This document shows, piece after piece, positions 1 to 7,510 of a stretch of DNA of 15,484 nt. The position numbers and the translations under genes are program-made. The notes under the pieces are model-generated. The model saw only the letters and a list, made by a program, of their open reading frames with translations. It made no database searches and was not told the DNA's origin. This DNA comes from a virus. Taxonomy: Duplodnaviria; Heunggongvirae; Uroviricota; Caudoviricetes. How positions within the stretch are numbered: the stretch's first letter is position 1; each line of letters opens with the position of its first letter. The DNA lies in IMG/VR virus record IMGVR_UViG_3300039384_000089; one strand, written 5' to 3'.

Positions 1-204
1 ATGGCTAATTACAATTCATTAATTCGTCTCTCTGAAGTTCAAAGGCGAACTGGTTATAGCAAAGCATGGATTTATCGTCTTATTAGTCAGGGGAGGTTCC
101 CTAAACAGGTAAAAATTGGAAGTCGGGCAATTGCTTTTGTTGAGTCTGAAATAGATGAATGGATTGAGAAGTGTATATTAGAATCTAGAGACGAGGTGGC
201 CTGA
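1..204 (+). CDS. alpA: AlpA/Vis-family prophage transcriptional regulator (small HTH, excisionase-like)
   Basis: 67-aa ORF with ATG at position 1. Translation has the AlpA-type HTH pattern (...SEVQRRTGYSKAWIYRLISQGRFPKQVKIG...). Stop overlaps the next start (TGATG). Confidence 0.8.
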   Translation: MANYNSLIRLSEVQRRTGYSKAWIYRLISQGRFPKQVKIGSRAIAFVESEIDEWIEKCILESRDEVA

Positions 205-635
205 TGGAAAAGAAAAACCGCCCATTACAGGCGGCTAATTCAGATATTCGTGTATCTGATGTTACGCCCCTTACAAAATCCCTTCAAGCACCAAAGCGCA
301 CACCGAAAAAGCATCGTGCCAGAGTCTATATGCTGCGTACTGGTATAGAGGGATGGACAGAAAATGACATTCTTCGCTACTGCCGTCTGTCTTCTGGTCG
401 TAACTATGCAACAGAGTTAGAACGCCAGCTTGGAATCACTCTGGAGCGTATCGACGAAAAGAATCCTGATGGTATCGGAACACACCTTCGCTACCGTTTC
501 TCCTGCCGTGGTGATGTTCTGAAAGTGATCACTCATATTAACCATCTTGCGAACATAAATGATCACAACGGACTTTCTCAGCAGGAAATTGCCGACATTC
601 TGAAACTCTACCCGGACGCGTTTAACGCCGCCTAA
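204..635 (+). CDS. hypothetical protein (143 aa), basic N-terminus
   Basis: ATG overlaps the alpA stop, suggesting translational coupling. Long ORF in an operon context. I recognise no domain. Confidence 0.6.
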   Translation: MEKKNRPLQAANSDIRVSDVTPLTKSLQAPKRTPKKHRARVYMLRTGIEGWTENDILRYCRLSSGRNYATELERQLGITLERIDEKNPDGIGTHLRYRFSCRGDVLKVITHINHLANINDHNGLSQQEIADILKLYPDAFNAA

Positions 636-647
636 CGGAGACTGAAA

Positions 648-1565
648 ATGAACATCGAAAAAAGCAGATTAATTTCTGAGGCCGCCCCTCATCTGAACGC
701 CTCTCTGGGCACAATTAACGGTAATGAATTTGCCGCAATTGTCCCGGTTATTCCTGGTCACATCGGTGGGCGTGAAACCAATATTGTTAGCGCAAAAGCG
801 TTACACAAAGCGTTGGGCGTGGGAAAAGACTTCTCTACATGGATCACTGATCGCATCTCTGAATATGACTTCACCATTGGGCACGATTACTCAGTCCATA
901 AAACAATTTCCCCAAATTTGGGGAAAAGCCCGAATGGCACGGCTTACAGCAAGATTAAGCAGTCTGGCAGACCCGGCAAAGACTATCTGTTAAGTGTCGG
1001 AATGGCGAAAGAGCTGGCAATGATCGAACGCAATGATCAGGGTCGCGCTATCCGTCGTTATTTCATCCAGTGCGAGGAAGAATTACAGCGTAGCGTGCCT
1101 GAAATCGCCGCCCGCTATCGTCGCCAGCTAAAAGCCCGTATCAGTGCCGCAAACAACTTTAAGCCAATGTGCGATGCGCTGAATATGGCCCGTGCCGAGA
1201 TGGGTAAAACGACGCAGCAACACCACTACACAAACGAGAGCAATATGATTTCTCGTATCGTTCTTGGTGGGCTAACTGCTAAACAGTGGGCGCGGATAAA
1301 TGGCTATTCTGGCGAACCTCGCGACCATATGAACGCAGAACAGCTTGAGCACCTCTCATATCTCGAAAGCACCAATATCACGTTAATTGATATGGGCATG
1401 GAATATGAGCAGCGCAAAGGAGAACTCACCCGCCTGTCGCAACGCTGGCTCCCCNNNNNNNNNNNNNNNNNNNNNNNNNNNNNNNNNNNNNNNNNNNNNN
1501 NNNNNNNNNNNNNNNNNNNNNNNNNNNNNNNNNNNNNNNNNNNNNNNNGTCTCACAACCGAGTGA
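648..1565 (+). CDS. putative phage antirepressor-like DNA-binding protein, interrupted by an N-run
   Basis: GGAGA 7 nt upstream of ATG at 648. The N-terminal half resembles AntA/KilA-N-type antirepressors by eye. The 3' end at 1565 assumes the N-run preserves frame; if the gap length is arbitrary the gene may instead end at TAA 1639-1641 in another frame. Confidence 0.45.
   Translation: MNIEKSRLISEAAPHLNASLGTINGNEFAAIVPVIPGHIGGRETNIVSAKALHKALGVGKDFSTWITDRISEYDFTIGHDYSVHKTISPNLGKSPNGTAYSKIKQSGRPGKDYLLSVGMAKELAMIERNDQGRAIRRYFIQCEEELQRSVPEIAARYRRQLKARISAANNFKPMCDALNMARAEMGKTTQQHHYTNESNMISRIVLGGLTAKQWARINGYSGEPRDHMNAEQLEHLSYLESTNITLIDMGMEYEQRKGELTRLSQRWLPXXXXXXXXXXXXXXXXXXXXXXXXXXXXXXXXLTTE
1455..1548. 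other. run of 94 N (assembly gap or masked sequence)
   Basis: Directly visible in the sequence; appears as 32 X in the ORF track. Confidence 0.99.
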
Positions 1566-2082
1566 CGTTTTATCGCGACGGGTATCAATCGCCATGCGTA
1601 CAACCGCTGGCGCGCTTCATGAAGGAGTTCGCGGAGGTTAACAAATGCTAACCGTCCAGAAGAAGATATTTTCACTGGCTGGTATGTCGCCAAAATCCAG
1701 CAATATGACAGCAAAGTCAGGCATTAATACAGCAGATACAAGCAAAGTTTGTCATTTGCTGGTGGTAGGAGCGGATGCCTTAACCATGTCAGAAATTACG
1801 GTCGATGGTGTTAGCGTTGAGAAGGTCAGCGGCTGCGCCAGAGAATTTCTGGTCGTAGATGGCTTTCTCTTCTCGCGTAGTGACTCCACAAAAACCTTCG
1901 TCCATGCGCGTGACGTTAACGAAATGAGCGCGATGTATTGTGCATCTGGTGCTTCCAATAGTGAGTTTTCGGAGTCCATAAAAAAGAGCTTGCCGTTATG
2001 CGGCAACACGGTTTATGGTTATAAGGCACCTCATAAAACGGGTGCCGGGTTTCGCAGCCCGGAAATGTACGAGGCGACACAT

Positions 2083-2104
2083 GACGCGCCGAGCGTCTTT
2101 TTTT
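2083..2104 (+). terminator. intrinsic terminator-like hairpin (GACGC-gccga-GCGTC) followed by T7
   Basis: 5-bp stem, 5-nt loop, then TTTTTTT at 2098-2104. Confidence 0.5.
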
Positions 2105-2144
2105 GTGCCGTTAGCCAGACTCACACTTTTTTCAGTGGTGTGGT

Positions 2145-2150
2145 TATAAT
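2145..2150 (+). promoter_or_regulatory. candidate -10 hexamer TATAAT downstream of the terminator
   Basis: Perfect TATAAT about 155 nt upstream of the 2307 start. No convincing -35. Confidence 0.3.
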
Positions 2151-2242
2151 CCGCGTCGCTTGCAAAATTATGGTGGGCTGGACAGGGCAGCCGAAAGGCT
2201 GGCCGGTTTCCTTGTACGCCGGTACTGCGAACTCTGTTCAGT

Positions 2243-2276
2243 CCACCACCAGCGAGTTTCGCAGCTCCGGTGGTGG
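2243..2276 (+). promoter_or_regulatory. leader RNA hairpin (CCACCACC ... GGTGGTGG) just upstream of the RBS of the 2307 gene
   Basis: 8-bp perfect inverted repeat with an 18-nt loop that contains one copy of the GTTTCGCAGC direct repeat. No T-run follows. Confidence 0.4.
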
Positions 2277-2306
2277 GAAGAATTCCCAGTACAAGGAGGC
2301 TGCCAC

Positions 2307-2501
2307 ATGCTGGCTACTACCCCTACCCAAAAACCGCAATTTATCTGGATTATCGCCGCAGTTCGCCGCGATTGCCCGACAATTACCGCCAAAATTCATC
2401 ATATTGCTGCCGAGTCTGAACGCGATGCTCGCCGTTCTCTGGTGCGCGATCACGTCTGCTTTTTTGCTGGTCGTATCCGCATGGAGGTGGCACATGATTA
2501 A
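2307..2501 (+). CDS. small protein (64 aa), possibly Icd-like host cell-division inhibitor
   Basis: AAGGAGG (2293-2299) sits 7 nt before ATG 2307. Stop overlaps the next start (ATGATTAA). The product name is from memory of similar prophage proteins, not a search. Confidence 0.5.
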   Translation: MLATTPTQKPQFIWIIAAVRRDCPTITAKIHHIAAESERDARRSLVRDHVCFFAGRIRMEVAHD

Positions 2502-2712
2502 AACCTACGATGTGCATATGGATCCCCTCGAACGCACAAGCCAGATCATCACACTGACAGAAGTGATTAATGACATTCTGGTGAGCAACTCTCCCTCACG
2601 AGACGAAAAACTGAAGGCGTTACTCGCGATATTGGATCTCGCCGTTCGTGACGTTCATTTCCTGCTGGAAGGTGGCGAAATGCCAGTAAAAACGGGGGCA
2701 ACCAATGAATAA
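2494..2712 (+). CDS. hypothetical small protein (72 aa)
   Basis: GGAGGTGG immediately upstream of ATG 2494. Overlapping stop/start with both neighbours. Confidence 0.55.
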   Translation: MIKTYDVHMDPLERTSQIITLTEVINDILVSNSPSRDEKLKALLAILDLAVRDVHFLLEGGEMPVKTGATNE

Positions 2713-2899
2713 CTCAATTAATACCCCTCGCCTTACGTCCGCACTTCAATTAATCGAGCAAGCAGCGGCTGTCCTGGTTGCTGTCAGTCTTTCGGCTGAA
2801 GAAATGGACGCTGCTGATGTCGTGGATGCGATTAAAGCGTGCTCATCTTTGGTTAACGATGCCCGTGCAGAGCTGGTAATTCTTGGGGGTGAAAAATGA
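2705..2899 (+). CDS. hypothetical small protein (64 aa)
   Basis: ATG overlaps the upstream stop (ATGAATAA), with G-rich RBS-like sequence upstream. Part of the coupled array. Confidence 0.6.
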   Translation: MNNSINTPRLTSALQLIEQAAAVLVAVSLSAEEMDAADVVDAIKACSSLVNDARAELVILGGEK

Positions 2900-3159
2900 A
2901 TATCAACTTAATTTATCGTCATCCGTGTGAGCTGGAAATTGAATCATTGCTGGGGCGTGAAGAGCCATATCCAGACACATTCACTCCCGCAGATTGCGCG
3001 ACTGAACGGCTTACCAGAGCGCGCACAGGTCTGGTTCATGTGATGAATGAGATTGTTCCCTCGGTGGGAGGGGAACAGGCGACAGTAATCAATAGCTGGC
3101 TACAAAAAGTTACCTCCCTGATAGATATCGGTTTAATCGATGTGGAGAGTGCGAAATGA
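2896..3159 (+). CDS. hypothetical small protein (87 aa)
   Basis: GGGGGTG 5 nt before ATG. ATGA overlap with the upstream stop. Confidence 0.65.
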   Translation: MNINLIYRHPCELEIESLLGREEPYPDTFTPADCATERLTRARTGLVHVMNEIVPSVGGEQATVINSWLQKVTSLIDIGLIDVESAK

Positions 3160-3377
3160 CCAACATCCAGCTCATTGAAGCGCAATGTCGCATCGAACAG
3201 GTTCAGACTGTTTTAGGGTTCTGGCTTGAAGGGGCCAGCCCCAGCAACAGAGATAAGTTAATGATTGGCGCGGTTATGTCACTGCTCAATGGCGTACCAG
3301 AAGCTATTCAGGAAGCGGACGAATTGTTGGGCAAATATGAGTTACAGAATCATTCAGGCGAGGCGAAACATGAATAA
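3156..3377 (+). CDS. hypothetical small protein (73 aa)
   Basis: GGAGAG 6 nt before ATG. ATGA overlap with the upstream stop. Confidence 0.65.
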   Translation: MTNIQLIEAQCRIEQVQTVLGFWLEGASPSNRDKLMIGAVMSLLNGVPEAIQEADELLGKYELQNHSGEAKHE

Positions 3378-3972
3378 TTTCTTAACTTTCCATGCAGAAG
3401 CAACGCCTGACGGCGTAAACATCATGTACCGCAGCAACGATGGCATGACAGAACGCGTTGAGACCGTCTCATATATTGATGCCGTAAATCGTCTGGATGC
3501 CGGGGATTATGACGATAAACCAGATGAAGGCATGTTTATACATCTCGCTATTGCCAGTGGCGGCAACCAGGGATATTTCGATTACACATCACAGCATCAC
3601 GTGATTATGTGGCGCTGGCTGATAGCAACAGCATTCATCAATGAAATGAGAAAGGAAAACGGCACCGTCAGCATTATTGATGACAGTGGCAATCATTCCG
3701 TGGTTTCTGTTTATTCCAATGGCATCGTCGCCATGCCGCTGTATCCAGTAGCAGAGCGCCTCGCTATGGCAAACAACATTGAGGGCGCAATGATCGAGAA
3801 ATATGGTGTTGATGTCGGAACAAAGAATGCCATCATTTTTTACAGCAACATGTTCGATGTCGAACAGGGAACACTCACTTCGTTTGGGCGAGAAGTGCTT
3901 GCCGATCTTCACAACAGCTTTATTGCCGAACTAAACGAAAACGGCATCCCAGAAGCACCAGTGACGCACTAA
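3370..3972 (+). CDS. hypothetical protein (200 aa)
   Basis: ATG 3370 overlaps the upstream stop (ATGAATAA). The ORF-track start at 3265 would lie inside the upstream gene, so I prefer the coupled start. Confidence 0.65.
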   Translation: MNNFLTFHAEATPDGVNIMYRSNDGMTERVETVSYIDAVNRLDAGDYDDKPDEGMFIHLAIASGGNQGYFDYTSQHHVIMWRWLIATAFINEMRKENGTVSIIDDSGNHSVVSVYSNGIVAMPLYPVAERLAMANNIEGAMIEKYGVDVGTKNAIIFYSNMFDVEQGTLTSFGREVLADLHNSFIAELNENGIPEAPVTH

Positions 3973-3984
3973 ACGGGGGCCAGA

Positions 3985-6747
3985 ATGCGAAACATTGATC
4001 TTATCCGTCAGGTTATCAGTGCGTCTGAAAACAACTGGCCTCATGTGCTGGGCTGCCTGAACATAAATGTCCCTGACTCTCCGCGCCGTCATGCTCCCTG
4101 CCCTGCATGTGGGGGCAAAGATCGATTCCGGTTCGATGACAACGGGCGCGGTAGCTTCATCTGTAATCAGTGCGGCGCTGGTGATGGGCTGGATTTAATT
4201 AAACGCGTAAATAACTGCGACACAACAGAGGCGGCGCTTCTTGTCGCTGATGTTCTGGGTATTGATTACCGGGCAGCGCAATCCGACCCGGTGGCAGCGA
4301 GCCATAGAAGGGAGCAACTGGAAGCTGACCGCCAGCAGCGTGAGCAGGAGCGCCAGAAACAGGCAGCAGAGGACGCAGAGCAGCGAAGGGCTACGTTTGC
4401 CCATCTGTATGCCGGAATGCGCCAGAGTGCCACACAGGGCGAATCTGATTACCTGCAATCAAAAGGGCTGACCGGGTTTAACTATCCGGTTATGCCGGAT
4501 GGTTCGTTATTGCTGGAGCTGGTGGACGAATCCGGCGCAGTGGCAGCAGCGCAAACCATTACACCGCAGGGAGAGAAGCGACTCCTGACAGGTTCAGCAA
4601 AGCGCGGGGCATATCACGCCGTAAACGCGCCAGAATCGCCGCAGAGCGTTTTAATTGCCGAGGGGCTGGCAACCGCTTTATCAGTCCACCTGATGCGCCC
4701 TGACGCGCTGACAGTGTGCGCCATTGATGCGGGCAACCTGCTACCCGTTGCCGAAGTGATGCGCCGGATATATCCAGCCACGCAGATTATCATTGCCGCA
4801 GATAACGACCACCAGCAGGACGAACAGGCGAACACGGGCAAAGATGCCGCAGAGAAAGCCGCCTTATCCGTGGCTGGCTGGGTGGCACTGCCGCCGACAG
4901 ACTACAAAGCCGACTGGGACGACTACCGCCAGCAAAACGGGCTGGAAGTCGCTACGGCTGCGTTTAACGATTCGATGTACCAGATTCAAGGGGAAGCCGT
5001 GAAACCGCGATTGCAAGCCATTGAGGGCGGTAAAACTGACCATCCAGAGAAAGATCCACTAAAACCCCACATTGAGAGCCGCAAAGATGGCGTTTTCTGG
5101 GTAACGCCGAAGGTGGACAAGGAAAGCGGGGAGATCGTCAACGCTGAAAGCTGGTTATGTTCCCCGTTGGAGGTTATCGGCACGGGACGCGACGACAAAG
5201 ATCAGTATCTTATTATCTCATGGCTGGCATTCGGTGCAGGCATACCGACAACAGCGGCTATCCCGCTGGCTGATATTGGCGAGCGTGAAGGCTGGCGCAC
5301 CCTGAAAGCTGGTGGGGTAAATGTCACGACCAAAAGCAGCCTCAGAGCAATACTGGCAGACTGGCTACAACGCAGTGGCTCTCGTGAATTGTGGCGTGTT
5401 GCTCATGCCACTGGCTGGCAATGCGGAGCGTACATCATGCCTGATGGGGAAATCATCGGAACACCTGAAAATCCTGTGCTGTTCAGCGGGAGAAGCTCAG
5501 CCGCAGCCGGATATACCGTCTCAGGGAGCGCGAAAAGCTGGCGTGATAACGTGGCGCGTCTGGCCTTTGGTAACTATTCAATGATGACCGGGATCGGCGC
5601 AGCACTGGCAGCGCCATTGATTGGGCTGGTGGGCGCTGACGGGTTCGGCATTCATTTCTATGAGCAGTCGAGCGCAGGTAAGACCACCACGGCAAACGTG
5701 GCGAGCAGCTTATACGGCAACCCTGATTTACTGCGGCTGACGTGGTACGGAACCGCGCTGGGGCTGGCAAATGAAGCTGCCGCCCACAATGACGGACTAA
5801 TGCCGCTTGATGAAGTTGGTCAGGGCGCTGATCCTGTCAGTGTTTCACAGTCTGCCTATGCGTTATTTAACGGTGTAGGGAAACTGCAAGGCGCTAAAGA
5901 TGGTGGAAACCGGGATCTAAAACGCTGGCGCACAGTGGCAATCAGCACCGGAGAAATGGATTTAGAAACATTTATCGCTACTTCCGGGCGAAAAACCAAA
6001 GCCGGGCAACTGGTGCGACTGCTGAATATTCCGTTGAGTAAAGCAGTACGCTTTCACGATTACCAGAACGGAAAACAGCACGCAGACGCACTGAAAGACG
6101 CTTACCAGCATCACCATGGCGCAGCCGGGCGTGAGTGGATTAAATGGCTGGCAGACCACCAGCAACAGGCTATTAAAACTGTTCGTGATTGCGAAAGCAG
6201 ATGGAGAAGCCTGATCCCATCCGATTATGGTGAGCAGGTTCACCGTGTAGCCGCGCGATTTGCCATTCTGGAGGCCGCATTGTTGTTAGGCGAGGTTGTA
6301 ACAGGCTGGGATGCTCAGACATGCCGTGATGCGATACAGCACAGCTATAACGCATGGTTGCGCGAGTTCGGCACAGGTAACAAAGAGCATCAGCAGATTA
6401 TTGAACAAACGGAGGCATTTCTTAATGCCTATGGGCTTAGCCGTTTTGCACCATTTCCATACAGCCCGGCAGATTTGCCCATCAAAGATTTAGCCGGATA
6501 CCGTCAGCGTGGAGAACATGACGAAAGCCCAATGATTTTCTACACATTCCCGGCCACATTTGAAAAGGAGATCGCATGTGGTTTCAACGCAAAACAGTTT
6601 GCTGAAGTGTTGAAAAAAGCCGGGATGCTAACCCCACCAAACAGCGGTCGTGGATACCAAAGAAAATCACCACGTATTCAGGGACGACAAATAAACGTTT
6701 ATGTACTCAATTACCAGCCAGGAGATTATAACTCATCTGAAGAATGA
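3985..6747 (+). CDS. P4 alpha-like bifunctional DNA primase/helicase (zinc-binding domain, TOPRIM, P-loop NTPase)
   Basis: 920-aa ORF. Cys cluster CPACGG...CNQCG near the N-terminus. TOPRIM-like acidic motifs (LIAEGLATAL, IIAADNDHQ). Walker A-like SSAGKTT in the C-terminal half. Confidence 0.88.
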   Translation: MRNIDLIRQVISASENNWPHVLGCLNINVPDSPRRHAPCPACGGKDRFRFDDNGRGSFICNQCGAGDGLDLIKRVNNCDTTEAALLVADVLGIDYRAAQSDPVAASHRREQLEADRQQREQERQKQAAEDAEQRRATFAHLYAGMRQSATQGESDYLQSKGLTGFNYPVMPDGSLLLELVDESGAVAAAQTITPQGEKRLLTGSAKRGAYHAVNAPESPQSVLIAEGLATALSVHLMRPDALTVCAIDAGNLLPVAEVMRRIYPATQIIIAADNDHQQDEQANTGKDAAEKAALSVAGWVALPPTDYKADWDDYRQQNGLEVATAAFNDSMYQIQGEAVKPRLQAIEGGKTDHPEKDPLKPHIESRKDGVFWVTPKVDKESGEIVNAESWLCSPLEVIGTGRDDKDQYLIISWLAFGAGIPTTAAIPLADIGEREGWRTLKAGGVNVTTKSSLRAILADWLQRSGSRELWRVAHATGWQCGAYIMPDGEIIGTPENPVLFSGRSSAAAGYTVSGSAKSWRDNVARLAFGNYSMMTGIGAALAAPLIGLVGADGFGIHFYEQSSAGKTTTANVASSLYGNPDLLRLTWYGTALGLANEAAAHNDGLMPLDEVGQGADPVSVSQSAYALFNGVGKLQGAKDGGNRDLKRWRTVAISTGEMDLETFIATSGRKTKAGQLVRLLNIPLSKAVRFHDYQNGKQHADALKDAYQHHHGAAGREWIKWLADHQQQAIKTVRDCESRWRSLIPSDYGEQVHRVAARFAILEAALLLGEVVTGWDAQTCRDAIQHSYNAWLREFGTGNKEHQQIIEQTEAFLNAYGLSRFAPFPYSPADLPIKDLAGYRQRGEHDESPMIFYTFPATFEKEIACGFNAKQFAEVLKKAGMLTPPNSGRGYQRKSPRIQGRQINVYVLNYQPGDYNSSEE

Positions 6748-6766
6748 GCTTCTTCATGTGCGTAGA

Positions 6767-6883
6767 AAAGGTGTTGGTTCAGTTGGTTCAGTTGGTTCAA
6801 TTTGTAAAGAGTATTGTTTTATAAGGATTTTATTCTTTTTATTGAACCAACACTGAACCAACAACACGGCATTTTGAACCAAC
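6767..6883. repeat. iteron cluster 1: 3 tandem GTTGGTTCA, AT-rich spacer, 3 inverted TGAACCAAC (putative origin or cis replication region)
   Basis: GTTGGTTCA at 6773, 6782 and 6791. TGAACCAAC at 6843, 6854 and 6875. Lies immediately downstream of the primase gene. Confidence 0.7.
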
Positions 6884-6934
6884 ACAACGTGACTGAATTG
6901 ATGAGCACAACATCTGGCTGGCATCAGAGAGTGC

Positions 6935-7010
6935 TTTACGAGACTTTCGTAAAATCCTGTGTACAAGGGCGTGACGTTTTTGAAAGTGAGCACTACGAAA
7001 TTTTCGTAGT
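6935..7010. promoter_or_regulatory. two related palindromic operator-like sites (TTTACGAGA-C-TTTCGTAAA and ACTACGAAA-T-TTTCGTAGT)
   Basis: Palindromes at 6935-6953 (8/9 arm match) and 6992-7010 (9/9), with centres 57 bp apart and a shared core TACGA.A...T.TCGTA. Confidence 0.35.
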
Positions 7011-7203
7011 TCAAAAAAACAGCCTCTGAGAAGTTGTTATGCCTGTTCAGCAAACCATCCGCATAGCTGATTTCGAATCAAATTACCAATGGAGCCAGAA
7101 GCAAGGGCAGAACTGGAAAGCGCCTGCCGTGAAGAGTAATGCGACACCATAAATATAGTTTTTAGAGTCCATAAAAAACCTGTCAAAACCTGACATACAG
7201 AAC

Positions 7204-7237
7204 GATGCCACCAGCTAATGAGCGGTGGCATTTTTTT
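7204..7237 (+). terminator. intrinsic terminator (ATGCCACC-loop-GGTGGCAT followed by T7)
   Basis: 8-bp stem with a 12-nt loop, directly followed by TTTTTTT. Plausibly ends transcripts coming from the primase operon or the small ORF at 7039. Confidence 0.55.
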
Positions 7238-7293
7238 GTGCTATTTGTTTCATATTTTGCAATCACAATGATGAATGTTGCGTTTTATGAAAT

Positions 7294-7317
7294 TATAATA
7301 ACTGTTGTTTTATACAG
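7294..7317 (+). promoter_or_regulatory. candidate promoter -10 (TATAAT 7294-7299) overlapped downstream by a LexA-box-like CTGT-N8-ACAG (7302-7317)
   Basis: Sequence is aCTGTtgttttatACAGtt. Both conserved LexA half-sites are present with an AT-rich centre. It lies between the -10 and the RBS (7322-7329) of the cargo operon. Confidence 0.4.
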
Positions 7318-7332
7318 TTCTAAGGGGGCGTT

Positions 7333-7506
7333 ATGGCTATTTCAGTAAAGCCAGTATTGATAAGTGAGAAACAAATGGAAGCGATAAAGAAAATTCAGGA
7401 GGAGCAGCGTAAAAAATCAGAGGTAGGAGTTGCGCCAACGATCCACGAAATTGCTCGGGGATTAATGGATAAGGCGCTGACTTACACTTTAACTGGACGT
7501 GGGTAA
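7333..7506 (+). CDS. small protein (57 aa), possible ribbon-helix-helix-type regulator
   Basis: Below the 60-aa cutoff of the ORF track. AAGGGGG RBS 4-11 nt before ATG 7333. Strand-helix-turn-helix pattern read by eye (KPVLISEKQMEAIKK...GVAPTIHEIARGLMDKAL). Stop lies 4 nt before the next start. Confidence 0.5.
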   Translation: MAISVKPVLISEKQMEAIKKIQEEQRKKSEVGVAPTIHEIARGLMDKALTYTLTGRG

Positions 7507-7510
7507 ATCA

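Larger units (their letters stand above)
1645..2306 (+). other. leader / regulatory region with an RBS-supported ORF start; coding status unresolved
   Basis: GGAGG (1633-1637) sits 7 nt before ATG 1645. That frame stays open to 2712, yet it crosses an intrinsic terminator, a promoter-like -10 and a strong hairpin, and overlaps an RBS-supported gene in another frame. Confidence 0.3.

Noticed and set aside
724-993. Alternative-frame ORF inside the antirepressor-like gene
   Set aside because: Fully embedded in a longer ORF with a better start context.
2160-2501. 113-aa version of the Icd-like ORF starting at 2160
   Set aside because: No RBS at 2160, whereas the internal ATG at 2307 has a near-consensus AAGGAGG at ideal spacing.
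1645-2712. 355-aa ORF from the track as a single protein-coding gene
   Set aside because: It crosses an intrinsic terminator, a promoter-like -10 and a strong hairpin. Its 3' third is an RBS-supported small gene in the same frame (2494-2712), and it overlaps another RBS-supported gene (2307-2501) in a different frame. The upstream part is low-complexity with no recognisable fold. I keep only the 1645 start as an open question.
3265-3972. 235-aa ORF starting at 3265
   Set aside because: The first 35 codons lie inside the upstream gene (3156-3377). The ATG at 3370 overlaps that gene's stop, matching the coupled pattern of the array.
6754-7231. Minus-strand ORFs 6754-7053 and 7037-7231 and plus-strand ORF 6814-7029
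   Set aside because: They overlap the iteron cluster, the palindromic operators and the terminator, and have no RBS. They look like chance ORFs in regulatory DNA.
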